DNA of 64,000 nucleotides, taken from positions 202,647 through 266,646 of IMG/VR virus record IMGVR_UViG_3300037294_000266. One strand, given 5' to 3'. Every line of letters starts with the position of its first letter. Positions within the stretch are counted from its first letter, which is position 1. Below are positions 48,408 through 59,030 of the stretch, in pieces. Under the pieces are notes generated by a model. The model was not told where the DNA came from, did no database searches, and was given only the letters and a program-made list of their open reading frames with translations. The position numbers were made by a program, and so were the translations under genes.

Positions 48408-51350
48408 TTACACTTTAGGTGGAGTTAGATCACCAAGGTCAAGTTCTTCGTCTTCAGGGTTAGCGTCAGGGTCTTCAAGAGTCTCCTCTTCTTCCTCTGG
48501 CACTTCCTCCTCTTCAGGAGCCTCTTCCTCTTCTACACCTTCTTCTGGCGGCGTATCGTCCAATGACGGTTCATCTGGTGTGTCGAGACTTAAATCATCT
48601 CCACCATCTAAACTGCCCTCGTCAGTACCTCCTCCCAGATCATCGCTTCCAACAGCACTGTCTAAATCATCACCACCACCCATCCCACCGACTTCATCTT
48701 TAAGAGCCTGAAGCTTAGCCTTCTCATCAGCGATAGACTGAAGGACCTTAGCACGTTTATTAGCCGCTTTGATGACCTTCTTGGTGTATGTAGCGATGGA
48801 ACCGTTTATACCGTCAAGATGATCACCTACGGAGTCCAGGAGTACGAATGCAGGAGCACCCTCTTCCTCTTCTACCGTATTGAACACATCCAGCTCAGAC
48901 ATGATGTTGTACTTGCGCAACCACCGACGCTGGAATTCTGCTTTGACCACAGCCTTGATGTTTGGAATAAGTTCTTCCATCCCAATGGTCGTGTCCGTAG
49001 CAAACATTTCTTCGTTGAGGTATGCGTCCAAACACTTATCCAAGGCTTCGGTGTAAGCGTCGTAGCTGTCCATCGACTTCTTGATGTCGCCCACTTCAGG
49101 AGAAGGTAGGGTAACGTCAATACAGTTGATGAAGTCAAACATGAACTGATCGACATGCTCTTCTTCAGACAGCGTCTTATCAGCAGTAATGTAATCGGGA
49201 AGGTATTTCTTATTCTCCCGAATCACAGCCCGCATCTCGTCCATGAAGATACCTGAGTTGAGCATGTATCGCCGCACAAAGTCAGTCAGGAATGGTTCAA
49301 ACTTCTCCTGGTTCTGAATCACGCGCTTCAATAGCATCAGGTTGTTCTGAACGACCGTTGTAGCAAAGTCAGTCTGATTCAACCCTTCCATCATTTCAGG
49401 ACTCAGTCCGAACTGTTGGATGTGACGATTACGCATTGTGGTCTCGAACTCAGCATCGATAGGAGTGTTCACCCCTTGACGCTGACTGACCTCAAACTTG
49501 GTATCTGGGTAACGAGTGTTACCACTGACCGCTACGTTAACGCCGTGGTTTTGAATCTGATCAGCAAGACCCAGTGGATGGGTCGAGCCTATCATTCGAC
49601 TAAAGCCCTGTGAGTTTACCTTAGCGTATTCGCTGAGCATGAACTCAACGGTTTCGGCTGGGTTCTCATCATCCGGATCCAGTTCGATGTTAATGGTCTT
49701 ACCGCCGACAGCGTTATTGATCGTCGCCAGTGTGTTCGACAGCATGATTGCAGCCCGGATGGCACCCAGGATCTTACCGTCTTCCAACACAGACTTACCA
49801 ACACCGTATTCGTTATAATCGAACGCAGCGTAGGTCATGAGCTCTGCTGGAACATAGAGCATCATGGTCTTCTGACCTTTCATGTGACGAGCAAACATCA
49901 AGCGGTTCACGTTCTGAGTCTTACCCAGTTCATAATTGCCTGACATTGCACCGGAACGCAAGCGAGACAATAGATCAGCCTCGACGGTCTCAGAATAAAT
50001 CTTACTGAGTTCGTCAATGATCTCGTTGTTAATCCCACCCATCCCTTCAAACCCACGTCGCGCCTGCTGAATAAGCTGACTGGCCTGGCTATCAACGTTA
50101 TTCATTTGTGACCGGATGTCGTCAAGATATGACATCTGATCAGCAACACTGATGGGATTGCCATCGATGTCAAGCATGACGTAATAACCGATATGCTCGG
50201 CAGGGTTACCTGGAACGTGGATCGGGATCACCGACTCTGACGGAAGATGGAGTACCAGTGGATGGCCATAGGTGTCCATGTTGGTCTGAGCATGCGTCAT
50301 GATCGGTTGCACTGGGATGTGCTGATACCGGCGCTTGGTGTACATGCTCTTTTCAACAGCCGCAAGGCTACGCTTGGCATCAAGATCGCCTGCGCCCGCT
50401 TTTGATTCCAACGAAGCAGTAGAGTGTAACCGCCCGCCGTAGATACGGCGCACTGCTAGTTTACGACGCGTATCAATGACCATTGGACGTTTCAGGATGT
50501 TCAGGTTGTCACTCACCATTACGGTGTTGCCAAGACTTTCCATCGACGTGTTCGCGACCTTACTGAACTCTGTCAACTTGACACGCAGATCTCGGTTCTC
50601 GTCAACGTCTGGAACGAACGACTCGAATGATACTTTGAATCCTTCTGCCTTAACTTCATGGTCGTAAGCAGCATCGACCTTCAATGCTTCAAATGACACA
50701 CCAGTATAGCCATCGACAGATCCAGCTGTTCGTTTAGCAGCAGTGCCCACCGTACCTGGACCTAACACACCCCATGAGTTGTAAACACCACTGCCGTTCG
50801 TCTCGCCATTAATATGTCCGTCAAGCATCTGAATGGCAGATTCCATTGACGTGCCAGAATAGTTGTTGGCGTTGATAATGCGATCAATGGATGATTCCGG
50901 CATAATGAGGAGCGGATAAGATCCGGTCTCGAACATGATGTCGTTAAGCATAGGGTGTAGCAGAGTCCTAATTCTATAGGAATCGTCGAAGAACTCCTGG
51001 GCGCTCCGCAGTAGTGGCCCGGTAAGGTTGCTATCCAGCGAGTCATCACTGATGCTGTAAAGTACCTTACTGTCTGTCAAGTCCCCTGGCGAGATCGTTG
51101 CTGAAATTAGAATCTGACGTGCATAATCCATATCCGGAAGGATCTGGAATAGGTTGCGTGCATCGCGGATATTACCGATGGTCGTATTGGCAATGTGCGC
51201 CATTACTCGACCGTCGGGCAGCCTGACGTTTTGTCGTGGCGTGTTATTTCCGTGAGGGTCAGCGCCCAGTTTACCGATAGCCGCTCGTACTTCAGCAGGA
51301 ATACTCCGCTGAGAAGCTAGCTTTGGCAACCGACGAGTGATATCATTCAT
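48408..51350 (-). CDS. Portal protein (phiKZ gp129-like)
   Basis: 980 aa, several N-terminal S-x-E sites, acidic C-terminal tail; divergent from a gp128-like gene, matching recalled synteny. Confidence 0.7.
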   Translation of the reverse strand: MNDITRRLPKLASQRSIPAEVRAAIGKLGADPHGNNTPRQNVRLPDGRVMAHIANTTIGNIRDARNLFQILPDMDYARQILISATISPGDLTDSKVLYSISDDSLDSNLTGPLLRSAQEFFDDSYRIRTLLHPMLNDIMFETGSYPLLIMPESSIDRIINANNYSGTSMESAIQMLDGHINGETNGSGVYNSWGVLGPGTVGTAAKRTAGSVDGYTGVSFEALKVDAAYDHEVKAEGFKVSFESFVPDVDENRDLRVKLTEFSKVANTSMESLGNTVMVSDNLNILKRPMVIDTRRKLAVRRIYGGRLHSTASLESKAGAGDLDAKRSLAAVEKSMYTKRRYQHIPVQPIMTHAQTNMDTYGHPLVLHLPSESVIPIHVPGNPAEHIGYYVMLDIDGNPISVADQMSYLDDIRSQMNNVDSQASQLIQQARRGFEGMGGINNEIIDELSKIYSETVEADLLSRLRSGAMSGNYELGKTQNVNRLMFARHMKGQKTMMLYVPAELMTYAAFDYNEYGVGKSVLEDGKILGAIRAAIMLSNTLATINNAVGGKTINIELDPDDENPAETVEFMLSEYAKVNSQGFSRMIGSTHPLGLADQIQNHGVNVAVSGNTRYPDTKFEVSQRQGVNTPIDAEFETTMRNRHIQQFGLSPEMMEGLNQTDFATTVVQNNLMLLKRVIQNQEKFEPFLTDFVRRYMLNSGIFMDEMRAVIRENKKYLPDYITADKTLSEEEHVDQFMFDFINCIDVTLPSPEVGDIKKSMDSYDAYTEALDKCLDAYLNEEMFATDTTIGMEELIPNIKAVVKAEFQRRWLRKYNIMSELDVFNTVEEEEGAPAFVLLDSVGDHLDGINGSIATYTKKVIKAANKRAKVLQSIADEKAKLQALKDEVGGMGGGDDLDSAVGSDDLGGGTDEGSLDGGDDLSLDTPDEPSLDDTPPEEGVEEEEAPEEEEVPEEEEETLEDPDANPEDEELDLGDLTPPKV

Positions 51351-51385
51351 GGTTTACCTCTTTATTCCATCTGGAAACTAAAACG

Positions 51386-53575
51386 ATGAGCAATCTTTAT
51401 CAGATCTACCGCGAGTCTGTTGAGAAGCTAGCAGCCACGTTGGTGGTGAAAGATGAGGCGACTTGCGACATCATCAACAGTCGCCTTACGGTGATGGGCG
51501 TAGAGGTATTGGCTACTGCTCCAGAAACCTGGAAGTATTACCTCAACATCTCCGGCCAGTACCACCCAACAGATACTCGAATGAAAGTTGTGTCCATGGA
51601 TACCCATGAGGAGATTGACTTCACTCGTGAGAATATGGACATTCACAGGGCTACATGGCGTGCGTACCAGTACGGGTCGCGTTACTACGCAGAACTACTG
51701 ACCAAGTACCCGTCACAGGACTCCCTGATCTTCGGTATATTGAACCCAGTGAATATTGCCACGGCAGTCGCTGCGGCTGATCATAGTATTCTCTATTTCG
51801 ACAGTTCTTTAATAGAAGGACGTGAAACCAATCTTATTCCTAGGCTTCAGGCCTGGATCAACGCTCAGTTTACACGTTGGGCGATGGAAGATTTCCGGAT
51901 CAACAACAGCTTGTTCATTGCAGCTCGTCTGATGATCCTCTTCCAAGCCATGATTGATGAGATCGAGAACATCCGCTCTGATAACTGCCGTACTAACATG
52001 GTGCACAGTTATCATATCCGCCGTTACCTTGCCTCGTTCGGTCCATTGGACCAGTATTACAACGAGATGAATGAATTCCAACGGCTTTATTTCTACCGGA
52101 ATATCCGTCACATCATGCGGAACAACGGTAAGGATGAAGTCTTCCAAGAACTCATTTCCAATGTGATGACAGAGCGCCGTTTCCCGTTGGCAGAATATCG
52201 GATGCAGCATCTTGATGCCGATATCGAGACGACGCTGGAACCTGTTGTACAATACCTTCGTTCTTCGGTTAATGGTATTCCGGCGGCGTTGGGTGAGGAC
52301 ATCCGAGACACCGATAGCTTGCTAGAGTTGCAAAATCCACTTGCCCGTAATAACTTCGAAGAAAGCACTTATGCATCGGATTATGTCCCTAAAGCCATGG
52401 TACGTAGCCTGACCTCTGAAGTGAAGACGAAGTCGTTCGAGTCTAACGTACTCGATCTGGCTGAATCCGAACCTTATACGTTGGCAGAGATTCTTCTGAA
52501 TCAATGGATCTATCTGTCAGATCTAGGACGCTATCGTTCAGTCATGACACTCACAATGCCTAACGGTGGTGAGAGCTTTAAACTGAACACGAAAGAAGCG
52601 TTCATTGTTTACCAGTACCTCTATATGCTCAGAGCAGGAATCGATCTACCTGTAATTCCACGGATCATGGCCAAGCGCGTTCGGCGCATGCCCATTCCGA
52701 CGTTTAATGAACTCCGGTCCATTACGACAAAGGCAGTCACGTCTGATGCGTTTATTCGAGAAGCACTGCGTGACAACCTGAACATCAGTAGTTATGTCTC
52801 AGTAGACTCGTTCCTGGAACTCTGTATCACTATACAGAAACGTATGTTGCTTCACCGCGACCTCTATGTATTCCGTGAAGACTTGTTTGCGTACGCTGAG
52901 ATCCAATTGATGGTGAACCGTTTCTATGCTGACATCCCAGTCGACATGGACAACGGTCAGGTCTACGCAGAATGGCTACGCGATCGCGGACTCAGTTTCG
53001 AAAACTACTCGATGTCTGAGTTGGACGAGATCATGGTCGGTATCCTTAATACGGTAACCGGATATGAACTTAGAACGTCGTTGAGCGTGAGCGATATCCA
53101 GAAGGCCATGTTGTCAATTATGTCCCAACTGTCTAGTTACAGCGTTCAATTCATCCAGCAGATCAACGAAGAGTCTGTGGTGATGTTGGACTGGGGGCAT
53201 GTACGCTGGCATTATCTGGGAGGTACCGCTAAGCACACGATCAGGTTAGCCCCTCCGTTAGCAATTCCGCTATCGTTGAATGCGAAAGCTAAATTACGGA
53301 GTGTCATTGACCTCTCTGTGGTGGCTATTCGTGCATTCGATCAGAAATCATCAGATGAGTTTGATCTGGCGATCGGTGTTGAAATGGAACTCTCTGGTCT
53401 GAATCAATACATCAACAAAGGTATGGTGATCGGCGCTCTTGCAGGGACGTTGAGTCAACCTATAGTCGACCTGTCTTCTCTGGAGGGTTCGACTGTGACA
53501 ATTCCATCCCTCCTGAGTCAGCCCCTTGCTGACCTATTTGACAGGACTGAAACTGATGCCTTTGCAAATCCTTAA
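51386..53575 (+). CDS. Virion structural/baseplate protein (gp128-like)
   Basis: 729 aa; WKYYLNISGQYH motif; synteny. Confidence 0.65.
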   Translation: MSNLYQIYRESVEKLAATLVVKDEATCDIINSRLTVMGVEVLATAPETWKYYLNISGQYHPTDTRMKVVSMDTHEEIDFTRENMDIHRATWRAYQYGSRYYAELLTKYPSQDSLIFGILNPVNIATAVAAADHSILYFDSSLIEGRETNLIPRLQAWINAQFTRWAMEDFRINNSLFIAARLMILFQAMIDEIENIRSDNCRTNMVHSYHIRRYLASFGPLDQYYNEMNEFQRLYFYRNIRHIMRNNGKDEVFQELISNVMTERRFPLAEYRMQHLDADIETTLEPVVQYLRSSVNGIPAALGEDIRDTDSLLELQNPLARNNFEESTYASDYVPKAMVRSLTSEVKTKSFESNVLDLAESEPYTLAEILLNQWIYLSDLGRYRSVMTLTMPNGGESFKLNTKEAFIVYQYLYMLRAGIDLPVIPRIMAKRVRRMPIPTFNELRSITTKAVTSDAFIREALRDNLNISSYVSVDSFLELCITIQKRMLLHRDLYVFREDLFAYAEIQLMVNRFYADIPVDMDNGQVYAEWLRDRGLSFENYSMSELDEIMVGILNTVTGYELRTSLSVSDIQKAMLSIMSQLSSYSVQFIQQINEESVVMLDWGHVRWHYLGGTAKHTIRLAPPLAIPLSLNAKAKLRSVIDLSVVAIRAFDQKSSDEFDLAIGVEMELSGLNQYINKGMVIGALAGTLSQPIVDLSSLEGSTVTIPSLLSQPLADLFDRTETDAFANP

Positions 53576-54542
53576 TAGCCGGCAGGTAACCCAGCTGGCT
53601 CTCCAAGAGTCTGATGAGGAGGCGTTCAAACGCCTCCTTGGATTCCTCTTACGTACAGGCGTCGACCCATCGGCATTTAAATACGCCGATGTAACTGGCG
53701 ACGTAATCGACCTCGATGTGACAACTGCTAAAGTGTCTGTCGATAGACGTAAGGCGAACATTGGACTCTGGACACGCCAAGACGATGTTGAGATCAAGTA
53801 TCGTCGTACATCACTGGAAGCGTTAAAGACGTCATTCGGTAATGTTATCCGCGCAGACCTACCTGCTTCAAAGAAAGAACTTATGTCCATTTACCTGAAC
53901 GCCAACGGCCTTTATGACCGTAGCGAACAAGTAATTGATGGTCCGGTCGTAGAGTTGGGCAATGTCGCGTTGGAAATGAATGAGGGCGAGTTCCTCATCT
54001 ATGGTTCGAGTACATTCGTCTTGAAGCCGTTCCAACGTCAATTGGCCGAAGTGGTTAACTTTACGACTCTTCCAGGTTTCCGGGTTAATGCCGACTTTGA
54101 CCTGACTGCGACAGAAGAACTGTTTGCTCAATTAAATAGGCATAACGCTGCGACAATGCCTTATCCATTGGAACCAGAACTGCTTGAGTATTCGGTGCCC
54201 ACGAAACTTACTGGCTACCGTTACGATAACACCTCAATAGAGGTCAAGGCGTTTGGTGACGGTTATTATCTCGGCACGGTGACAGTGATATACAGTCGTT
54301 ATGACTTCGGCTGGATTAACATCGGTTCTCAATACTTGGTAGACGGTCCGCTTACTCCAACCACCCAGTTTATGATCGATGCCATCTCAGCGCAGACAGG
54401 TCTGCCGTTATCACTGAGCGATGTTGTAATCGAGTCTTATGACGCAATGGACTCTGGTGACGTACAGACACTTACCATCTTCTTTAAAGAAGACAGTTAC
54501 CGTTACACTGGCGAACTGACAATTGATTACAGGGCTACTTGA
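53526..54542 (+). CDS. Virion structural protein
   Basis: 338 aa in the structural operon; G.V.I.Y.R repeats. Confidence 0.55.
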   Translation: MLTYLTGLKLMPLQILNSRQVTQLALQESDEEAFKRLLGFLLRTGVDPSAFKYADVTGDVIDLDVTTAKVSVDRRKANIGLWTRQDDVEIKYRRTSLEALKTSFGNVIRADLPASKKELMSIYLNANGLYDRSEQVIDGPVVELGNVALEMNEGEFLIYGSSTFVLKPFQRQLAEVVNFTTLPGFRVNADFDLTATEELFAQLNRHNAATMPYPLEPELLEYSVPTKLTGYRYDNTSIEVKAFGDGYYLGTVTVIYSRYDFGWINIGSQYLVDGPLTPTTQFMIDAISAQTGLPLSLSDVVIESYDAMDSGDVQTLTIFFKEDSYRYTGELTIDYRAT

Positions 54543-54988
54543 TCATGAGTAACTTCACCCTCACTCAACTGTTACAAATGCCACCACTTGATGCCTTGTT
54601 GGTGGCATACAACGATGTTCACGGTACCCAATTGAATCCACGGTTTGTTGAAGTGGAGCAAATAGGTCCTTCAGTCGGGCCTGACCTGACGGTGCGAATC
54701 AGTGCCAGACCAGGACTTTCTAATCGAGAGTTCCAACGGTTTACTGGCACCGGAACGTTTACAGTCACTCGCCTTAATTTAGCAGATCTATTCACAGCTC
54801 CGGTAATCATTCCGTTCAGTGAAGCGATTGCCAGTCCAGACGTCGGCCGGAACATTACCCAGATAACCGGGATTGTTTTTGACGATAACGATTTTATCAA
54901 AGACGTCATCACCTCTGAAAACACGGTCGTCAGGGCACATCCCGACTCACTGCGTTGGTACGGCGAGATGTCTGTCGAGAAAGCATAA
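54539..54988 (+). CDS. Virion structural protein
   Basis: 149 aa; RLNLADLF...SLRWYG Ig-like pattern. Confidence 0.55.
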   Translation: MIMSNFTLTQLLQMPPLDALLVAYNDVHGTQLNPRFVEVEQIGPSVGPDLTVRISARPGLSNREFQRFTGTGTFTVTRLNLADLFTAPVIIPFSEAIASPDVGRNITQITGIVFDDNDFIKDVITSENTVVRAHPDSLRWYGEMSVEKA

Positions 54989-54997
54989 GAGGTAGCT

Positions 54998-56005
54998 ATG
55001 TACGTTCGCCCTTTACGTTATAACCAGCCAGCAGCAGCACTGATCCTCGATATCTTCAACTTTACTAACAAGACACAGATGGAGCCTTGGCAAGTAAGTT
55101 TTGGTAATCCTGTTGAAGTGCCTGATGACAAGCCAAATATCGTTCCTGTTCACATGAACGATTACGACTTACGCCGTCCAGCTAACAGTACTCTGACGGA
55201 AATCATCCTAACGCCATCGGCCGAGTCTGGTTGGACAGGCTTCCAGCGGATGGTTTATCGCCGTGAAGTCATCCAAGATCATTTCGTAAGTGTGCCATTT
55301 GTTGTCTACGCTGTTGAAACATCTGACCAAGTAATTTTGGATGCTTTGCTACAACAGTATGGATTGTATCTTGATGCGCATCTTGTCGATATTGAATTCC
55401 GGCCGATCGATCTGAATGAAGTACTGTTCTTAGATCACATGGGGTCGATCCTTGACGGCGGTAATTGCGACTACCAGCCCCCAGTATCTCATAACGTAAT
55501 CATCACCATGAAAGCAGACCATCCTGTTTACATTGGTGCCATTAACGTCTATGTTCGTGAAGCAGTCCGCTTCCTCGATCGTGATATTAAGACGACGCTT
55601 GAAGTTCATCGGTACCTTGGCCCCGGCGACCATTCGAAACTGCCTGCGGAAATGATCCTCCCTAACAACCGCTTTGTGGATGATAATTTCACCATGCGTG
55701 GCATGAAGGTTGACGATCTCGTTGGACAGTGGATTGTTGAGAAAGCCAAAGCGATTACGGGCGATAACTGGGTCTTCACTCAGGAACAGAACGTCTTCAA
55801 CCTTTATGGTTCGAAGGTGATCTACAATGGGTTGAATACTGGTTCGATTTACATCGATGACCCAAAAGTATCGAACGCAATGATCATTCAGTTCTCCGAT
55901 GAACACTGCTCGAACATCCGTGGACAATGGATTATCGGTTACTACAACTCTGAAGTCTGGAAGCGCCGTACACGCATTGACGCGTTGCCAATCCAAGACC
56001 AGTAA
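54998..56005 (+). CDS. Virion structural protein
   Basis: 335 aa, RBS gaggt, same operon. Confidence 0.55.
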   Translation: MYVRPLRYNQPAAALILDIFNFTNKTQMEPWQVSFGNPVEVPDDKPNIVPVHMNDYDLRRPANSTLTEIILTPSAESGWTGFQRMVYRREVIQDHFVSVPFVVYAVETSDQVILDALLQQYGLYLDAHLVDIEFRPIDLNEVLFLDHMGSILDGGNCDYQPPVSHNVIITMKADHPVYIGAINVYVREAVRFLDRDIKTTLEVHRYLGPGDHSKLPAEMILPNNRFVDDNFTMRGMKVDDLVGQWIVEKAKAITGDNWVFTQEQNVFNLYGSKVIYNGLNTGSIYIDDPKVSNAMIIQFSDEHCSNIRGQWIIGYYNSEVWKRRTRIDALPIQDQ

Positions 56006-56052
56006 CGAATCCTATGTACCCTATTCTTTTTTGACCTTAAAGGCCTCCAGTC

Positions 56053-56928
56053 ATGCAAAAGATCGTCCCGTCCCAGTTGTCGAATTATCTCCAGGTTTCT
56101 AACTTCCTGGGGACGGCATTCGTTAAAGAACTCAACACGACGTTGAACCAGAAGTTCGACATTCAGGCTAACGCCATTCTCCAGCCGAATGCTCGTCCTA
56201 CATTGAAGTTCTACACCATCGGCATTGGCGGTCATGCGTACACCATGGGTGCTAACAACATCCCGTTGTCCGATACCATCGACCACAGCTCAGGCGATGC
56301 CGGTCTGTACGCACACCTACCGTTCATCATTCGCGATGTCAATGACGACCTGACCAGCGGTCAGCGTGCCAAGTACTGCCTGCGTAAAACCATTACTGTC
56401 GAGGGTGTAAACAAGATTGCTTATTACGGCAAGCGCTTGAATATGTCTGGTGTGATTCCAAAGATGACCAAGCGCACTATCGTTGATGACCAAGTCATCG
56501 TCGAAGCGTATACATACACCGAAGCCAACCTCAGCCCGACGCCACCAGAGATTCCAAACACTGGCGCTGTCACTACCAGTAACGAATACCTGGCCACCAC
56601 GGCTATCGTCGGCATGCCGTTCACAGAAGAAGACGTAGCTGAGATGTACAACGTAGCTGAGACGCTTTACGGCGACCGTCGTTTCGCAATCATCAGTGAG
56701 TTTGGCTTCTGCACTGCAGTCGATGCTGACGTGTCAATTAACACGCCTGCTGGCGCTGTGAACTTCACCGAAGTAATTGGCGCTCAGATCGCAGCACACA
56801 TCAGCGGTCACTATGAACTGATGTTCAACAGCAAAGGCTTCGATTTCAACCTCGAAGTAGGAGCGGTGCAACCGCTCCTAGCCACCAATCAGATCCCGAC
56901 AGTCACCATGCAATTGCTAAACCCATAA
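56053..56928 (+). CDS. Virion structural/baseplate protein
   Basis: 291 aa; YTIGIGGH...LYAHLPFIIR...IAYYGKRL pattern. Confidence 0.55.
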   Translation: MQKIVPSQLSNYLQVSNFLGTAFVKELNTTLNQKFDIQANAILQPNARPTLKFYTIGIGGHAYTMGANNIPLSDTIDHSSGDAGLYAHLPFIIRDVNDDLTSGQRAKYCLRKTITVEGVNKIAYYGKRLNMSGVIPKMTKRTIVDDQVIVEAYTYTEANLSPTPPEIPNTGAVTTSNEYLATTAIVGMPFTEEDVAEMYNVAETLYGDRRFAIISEFGFCTAVDADVSINTPAGAVNFTEVIGAQIAAHISGHYELMFNSKGFDFNLEVGAVQPLLATNQIPTVTMQLLNP

Positions 56929-56951
56929 GGGAATAGCTAAGGTAAAGGTCC

Positions 56952-57539
56952 ATGAAGTTTACAGACGAGTCATTCATCTACCGTATCATGGGGATCGACA
57001 ATGGTTCATCCCTATTGGGGATGGTGATCATGGATCTTGACCTCAGGTCGGGCTGTTACACATTTATCGATCGCGATACGTTTGTAGCAGAAAAGATATT
57101 AGGTAACCACCGTGGGTCTGCCATCAGTCACGGTGCCCGCTGGGCGCGTCAGAATGCGTTGCAAGAATCAGTAGCCTTGAGCTTACGGTTTCATAATCCG
57201 CATAGCGTCGCAGTGGAAACACCTTTCTTCATGCCACGAAGAGTACAAAGCTTCGAAACACTGACTGAGATGATGATATTTATCAGGCAGGCAGTGGCCG
57301 CGCACAACCCGATGAGCGATATCATTCGGGTGTCGCCAGGTGAAGCTAAACGTGCCGTACAGCAGAAGAACTTCACCATGAAAAAGGCAGTCATTAAGGA
57401 TTGTGTTCTGGCACTTACGTCTATTGTCTACCCTGAAGAGGTTGATGCGACCAAGTTCACAGAACATGAATATGACGCAATTGCCGTAATCATTGCTCAC
57501 GGAGAACAAGTCCGAAAACGGATGGGTTTCGTGAAGTGA
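56952..57539 (+). CDS. ruvC: RuvC-like Holliday junction resolvase
   Basis: RIMGIDNGS, VAVETPFF, SPGEAKRAV, HEYDAIAV acidic catalytic residues. Confidence 0.85.
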   Translation: MKFTDESFIYRIMGIDNGSSLLGMVIMDLDLRSGCYTFIDRDTFVAEKILGNHRGSAISHGARWARQNALQESVALSLRFHNPHSVAVETPFFMPRRVQSFETLTEMMIFIRQAVAAHNPMSDIIRVSPGEAKRAVQQKNFTMKKAVIKDCVLALTSIVYPEEVDATKFTEHEYDAIAVIIAHGEQVRKRMGFVK

Positions 57540-57559
57540 TGTAAGTGAGGTAGAACGTC

Positions 57560-58030
57560 ATGATGAAAATTACTGACGTTATAAAGGTGATGGGTAGTAC
57601 ACCGCTAGGTATGTTTCCTTGGGGGTGCACTGTTCGCGATACCGTGAACTTGTTCCTTGATCCTAAGGTCATCCAGCTGACAGATAAATCGACGGGGGTC
57701 GATATTCAGTCTGCACTTGACTCATTGCCTAATGACGTGCGACAGCTTATCCTCATCGCTAATCTCGATCCGTCTCGCCACTGCATCACAACGCCTATGG
57801 GCGGCGGAATGGTGGTCGAGCATACAGAGGGAGATGTTGTAGTTGAAAACCCCGTAGAGGGGCTTAAGAACGCACTCACACGCCCGCTTTCAGTGGCCAC
57901 TACTGGTGTGGTGGTAGCTGTCGTGTTAGTGGCCGTTTTTCTAGCGAGTGGTCTTTCTGCCAATAAGGATTTTGATTGGAAAGGCCTCTTCCGAGCCGCG
58001 TTTGAGATGTTAGGTCTCACAGCTGGATAA
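57560..58030 (+). CDS. Membrane protein with C-terminal TM
   Basis: VATTGVVVAVVLVAVFLASGL. Confidence 0.6.
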   Translation: MMKITDVIKVMGSTPLGMFPWGCTVRDTVNLFLDPKVIQLTDKSTGVDIQSALDSLPNDVRQLILIANLDPSRHCITTPMGGGMVVEHTEGDVVVENPVEGLKNALTRPLSVATTGVVVAVVLVAVFLASGLSANKDFDWKGLFRAAFEMLGLTAG

Positions 58031-58036
58031 TACATA

Positions 58037-58249
58037 ATGGAAAACGAAGAAACAAAAGTTGTGACACCTCCCGCTAAGTCAGGGATGTCCACTTACATCA
58101 TAACTGCTGTCATTGGTCTGGTGGTGCTATCTTTCTTAGTAGAGGTATACGGCGCTTTTAATGAGGGGCGTCCTCTCAATCTTGAAATGATAAACAAACT
58201 TCTTGACACGTTAACAGGTTTACTGGGCCCGCCCCCCAATGCCGACTGA
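58037..58249 (+). CDS. Small single-TM membrane protein
   Basis: 70 aa; YIITAVIGLVVLSFLVEVY. Confidence 0.65.
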   Translation: MENEETKVVTPPAKSGMSTYIITAVIGLVVLSFLVEVYGAFNEGRPLNLEMINKLLDTLTGLLGPPPNAD

Positions 58250-58253
58250 GTAA

Positions 58254-58304
58254 CGACATAAACCTCCTCCAGCTCCGATAAAGGGCTGGAGGAGGTTTAT
58301 GTCG
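58254..58304. terminator. Bidirectional hairpin
   Basis: Perfect 20-bp stem cgacataaacctcctccagc / gctggaggaggtttatgtcg. Confidence 0.8.
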
Positions 58305-58308
58305 GATG

Positions 58309-58941
58309 TTACTTGGAGTAGTACGGGTTTGAAGACTCATAGTGCTTGGAGAACAGCGTACGTACGTAGTCTGCATCCTCAGAGGACTTCTTACCGGGCT
58401 TAATAGCACGAACGTCCGTTAGGGTGAACGGAAGTACCACTTTGTCAACTTCGACGCCCTGAGGGACTTCTAGGTCGATCTTGACTTTCATGCACTGTAC
58501 GCCTTCCAGATCTTGGAACACGTCGACTTCAAGAACCAGTTCGCTATCGGGCATCGGGAAGAAGTAACGAGTTTTCAGAAGACCCATTGGAACGAGTTTC
58601 TTGAAGAGGTCGAATGTAGGCTGAGCAATCTCAATCTCATTCTCCTCATTGCCTTCCTCTTCCTTAACCTTGATGGTCTGGGTGAAAGTAGGGTCTTCTT
58701 CAGCCTTTGTGGTCTTACGAACCCGCACACTGCCAAAGATACCGAACTCCGCACCTTCGTTACAGGCCAATCCCCATTGTTCTTGGAACTCGGTGCCTGA
58801 ATGGCCTGCAAGGACACTGATGTCTGCAATGGTACCGTAGATCTCGTACTCGCGTTCGAGCACTGTATCGCCTGTAGGCAATGCTTCTAACGACACCGTG
58901 AATGTTGGATCAAATGCGCGTTTCAATATTTCTTTGGACAT
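58309..58941 (-). CDS. CYTH-domain (triphosphate tunnel metalloenzyme) protein
   Basis: EREYEIY, VRVRKT, QTIK, ENEIEI, KTRY, LEVDVF, IDLEV. Start at MSKEIL. Confidence 0.75.
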   Translation of the reverse strand: MSKEILKRAFDPTFTVSLEALPTGDTVLEREYEIYGTIADISVLAGHSGTEFQEQWGLACNEGAEFGIFGSVRVRKTTKAEEDPTFTQTIKVKEEEGNEENEIEIAQPTFDLFKKLVPMGLLKTRYFFPMPDSELVLEVDVFQDLEGVQCMKVKIDLEVPQGVEVDKVVLPFTLTDVRAIKPGKKSSEDADYVRTLFSKHYESSNPYYSK

Positions 58942-58979
58942 GATTAGTCTCACACTAAACAAAAAAAGATAAGAACTCT

Positions 58980-59016
58980 GTCATAAGGATGGGGACCGAA
59001 GTCCCCATCCCCATAC
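58980..59016 (-). terminator. Hairpin
   Basis: ggatggggac-cgaa-gtccccatcc. Confidence 0.7.
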
Positions 59017-59030
59017 ATAGCGCTTACCTG

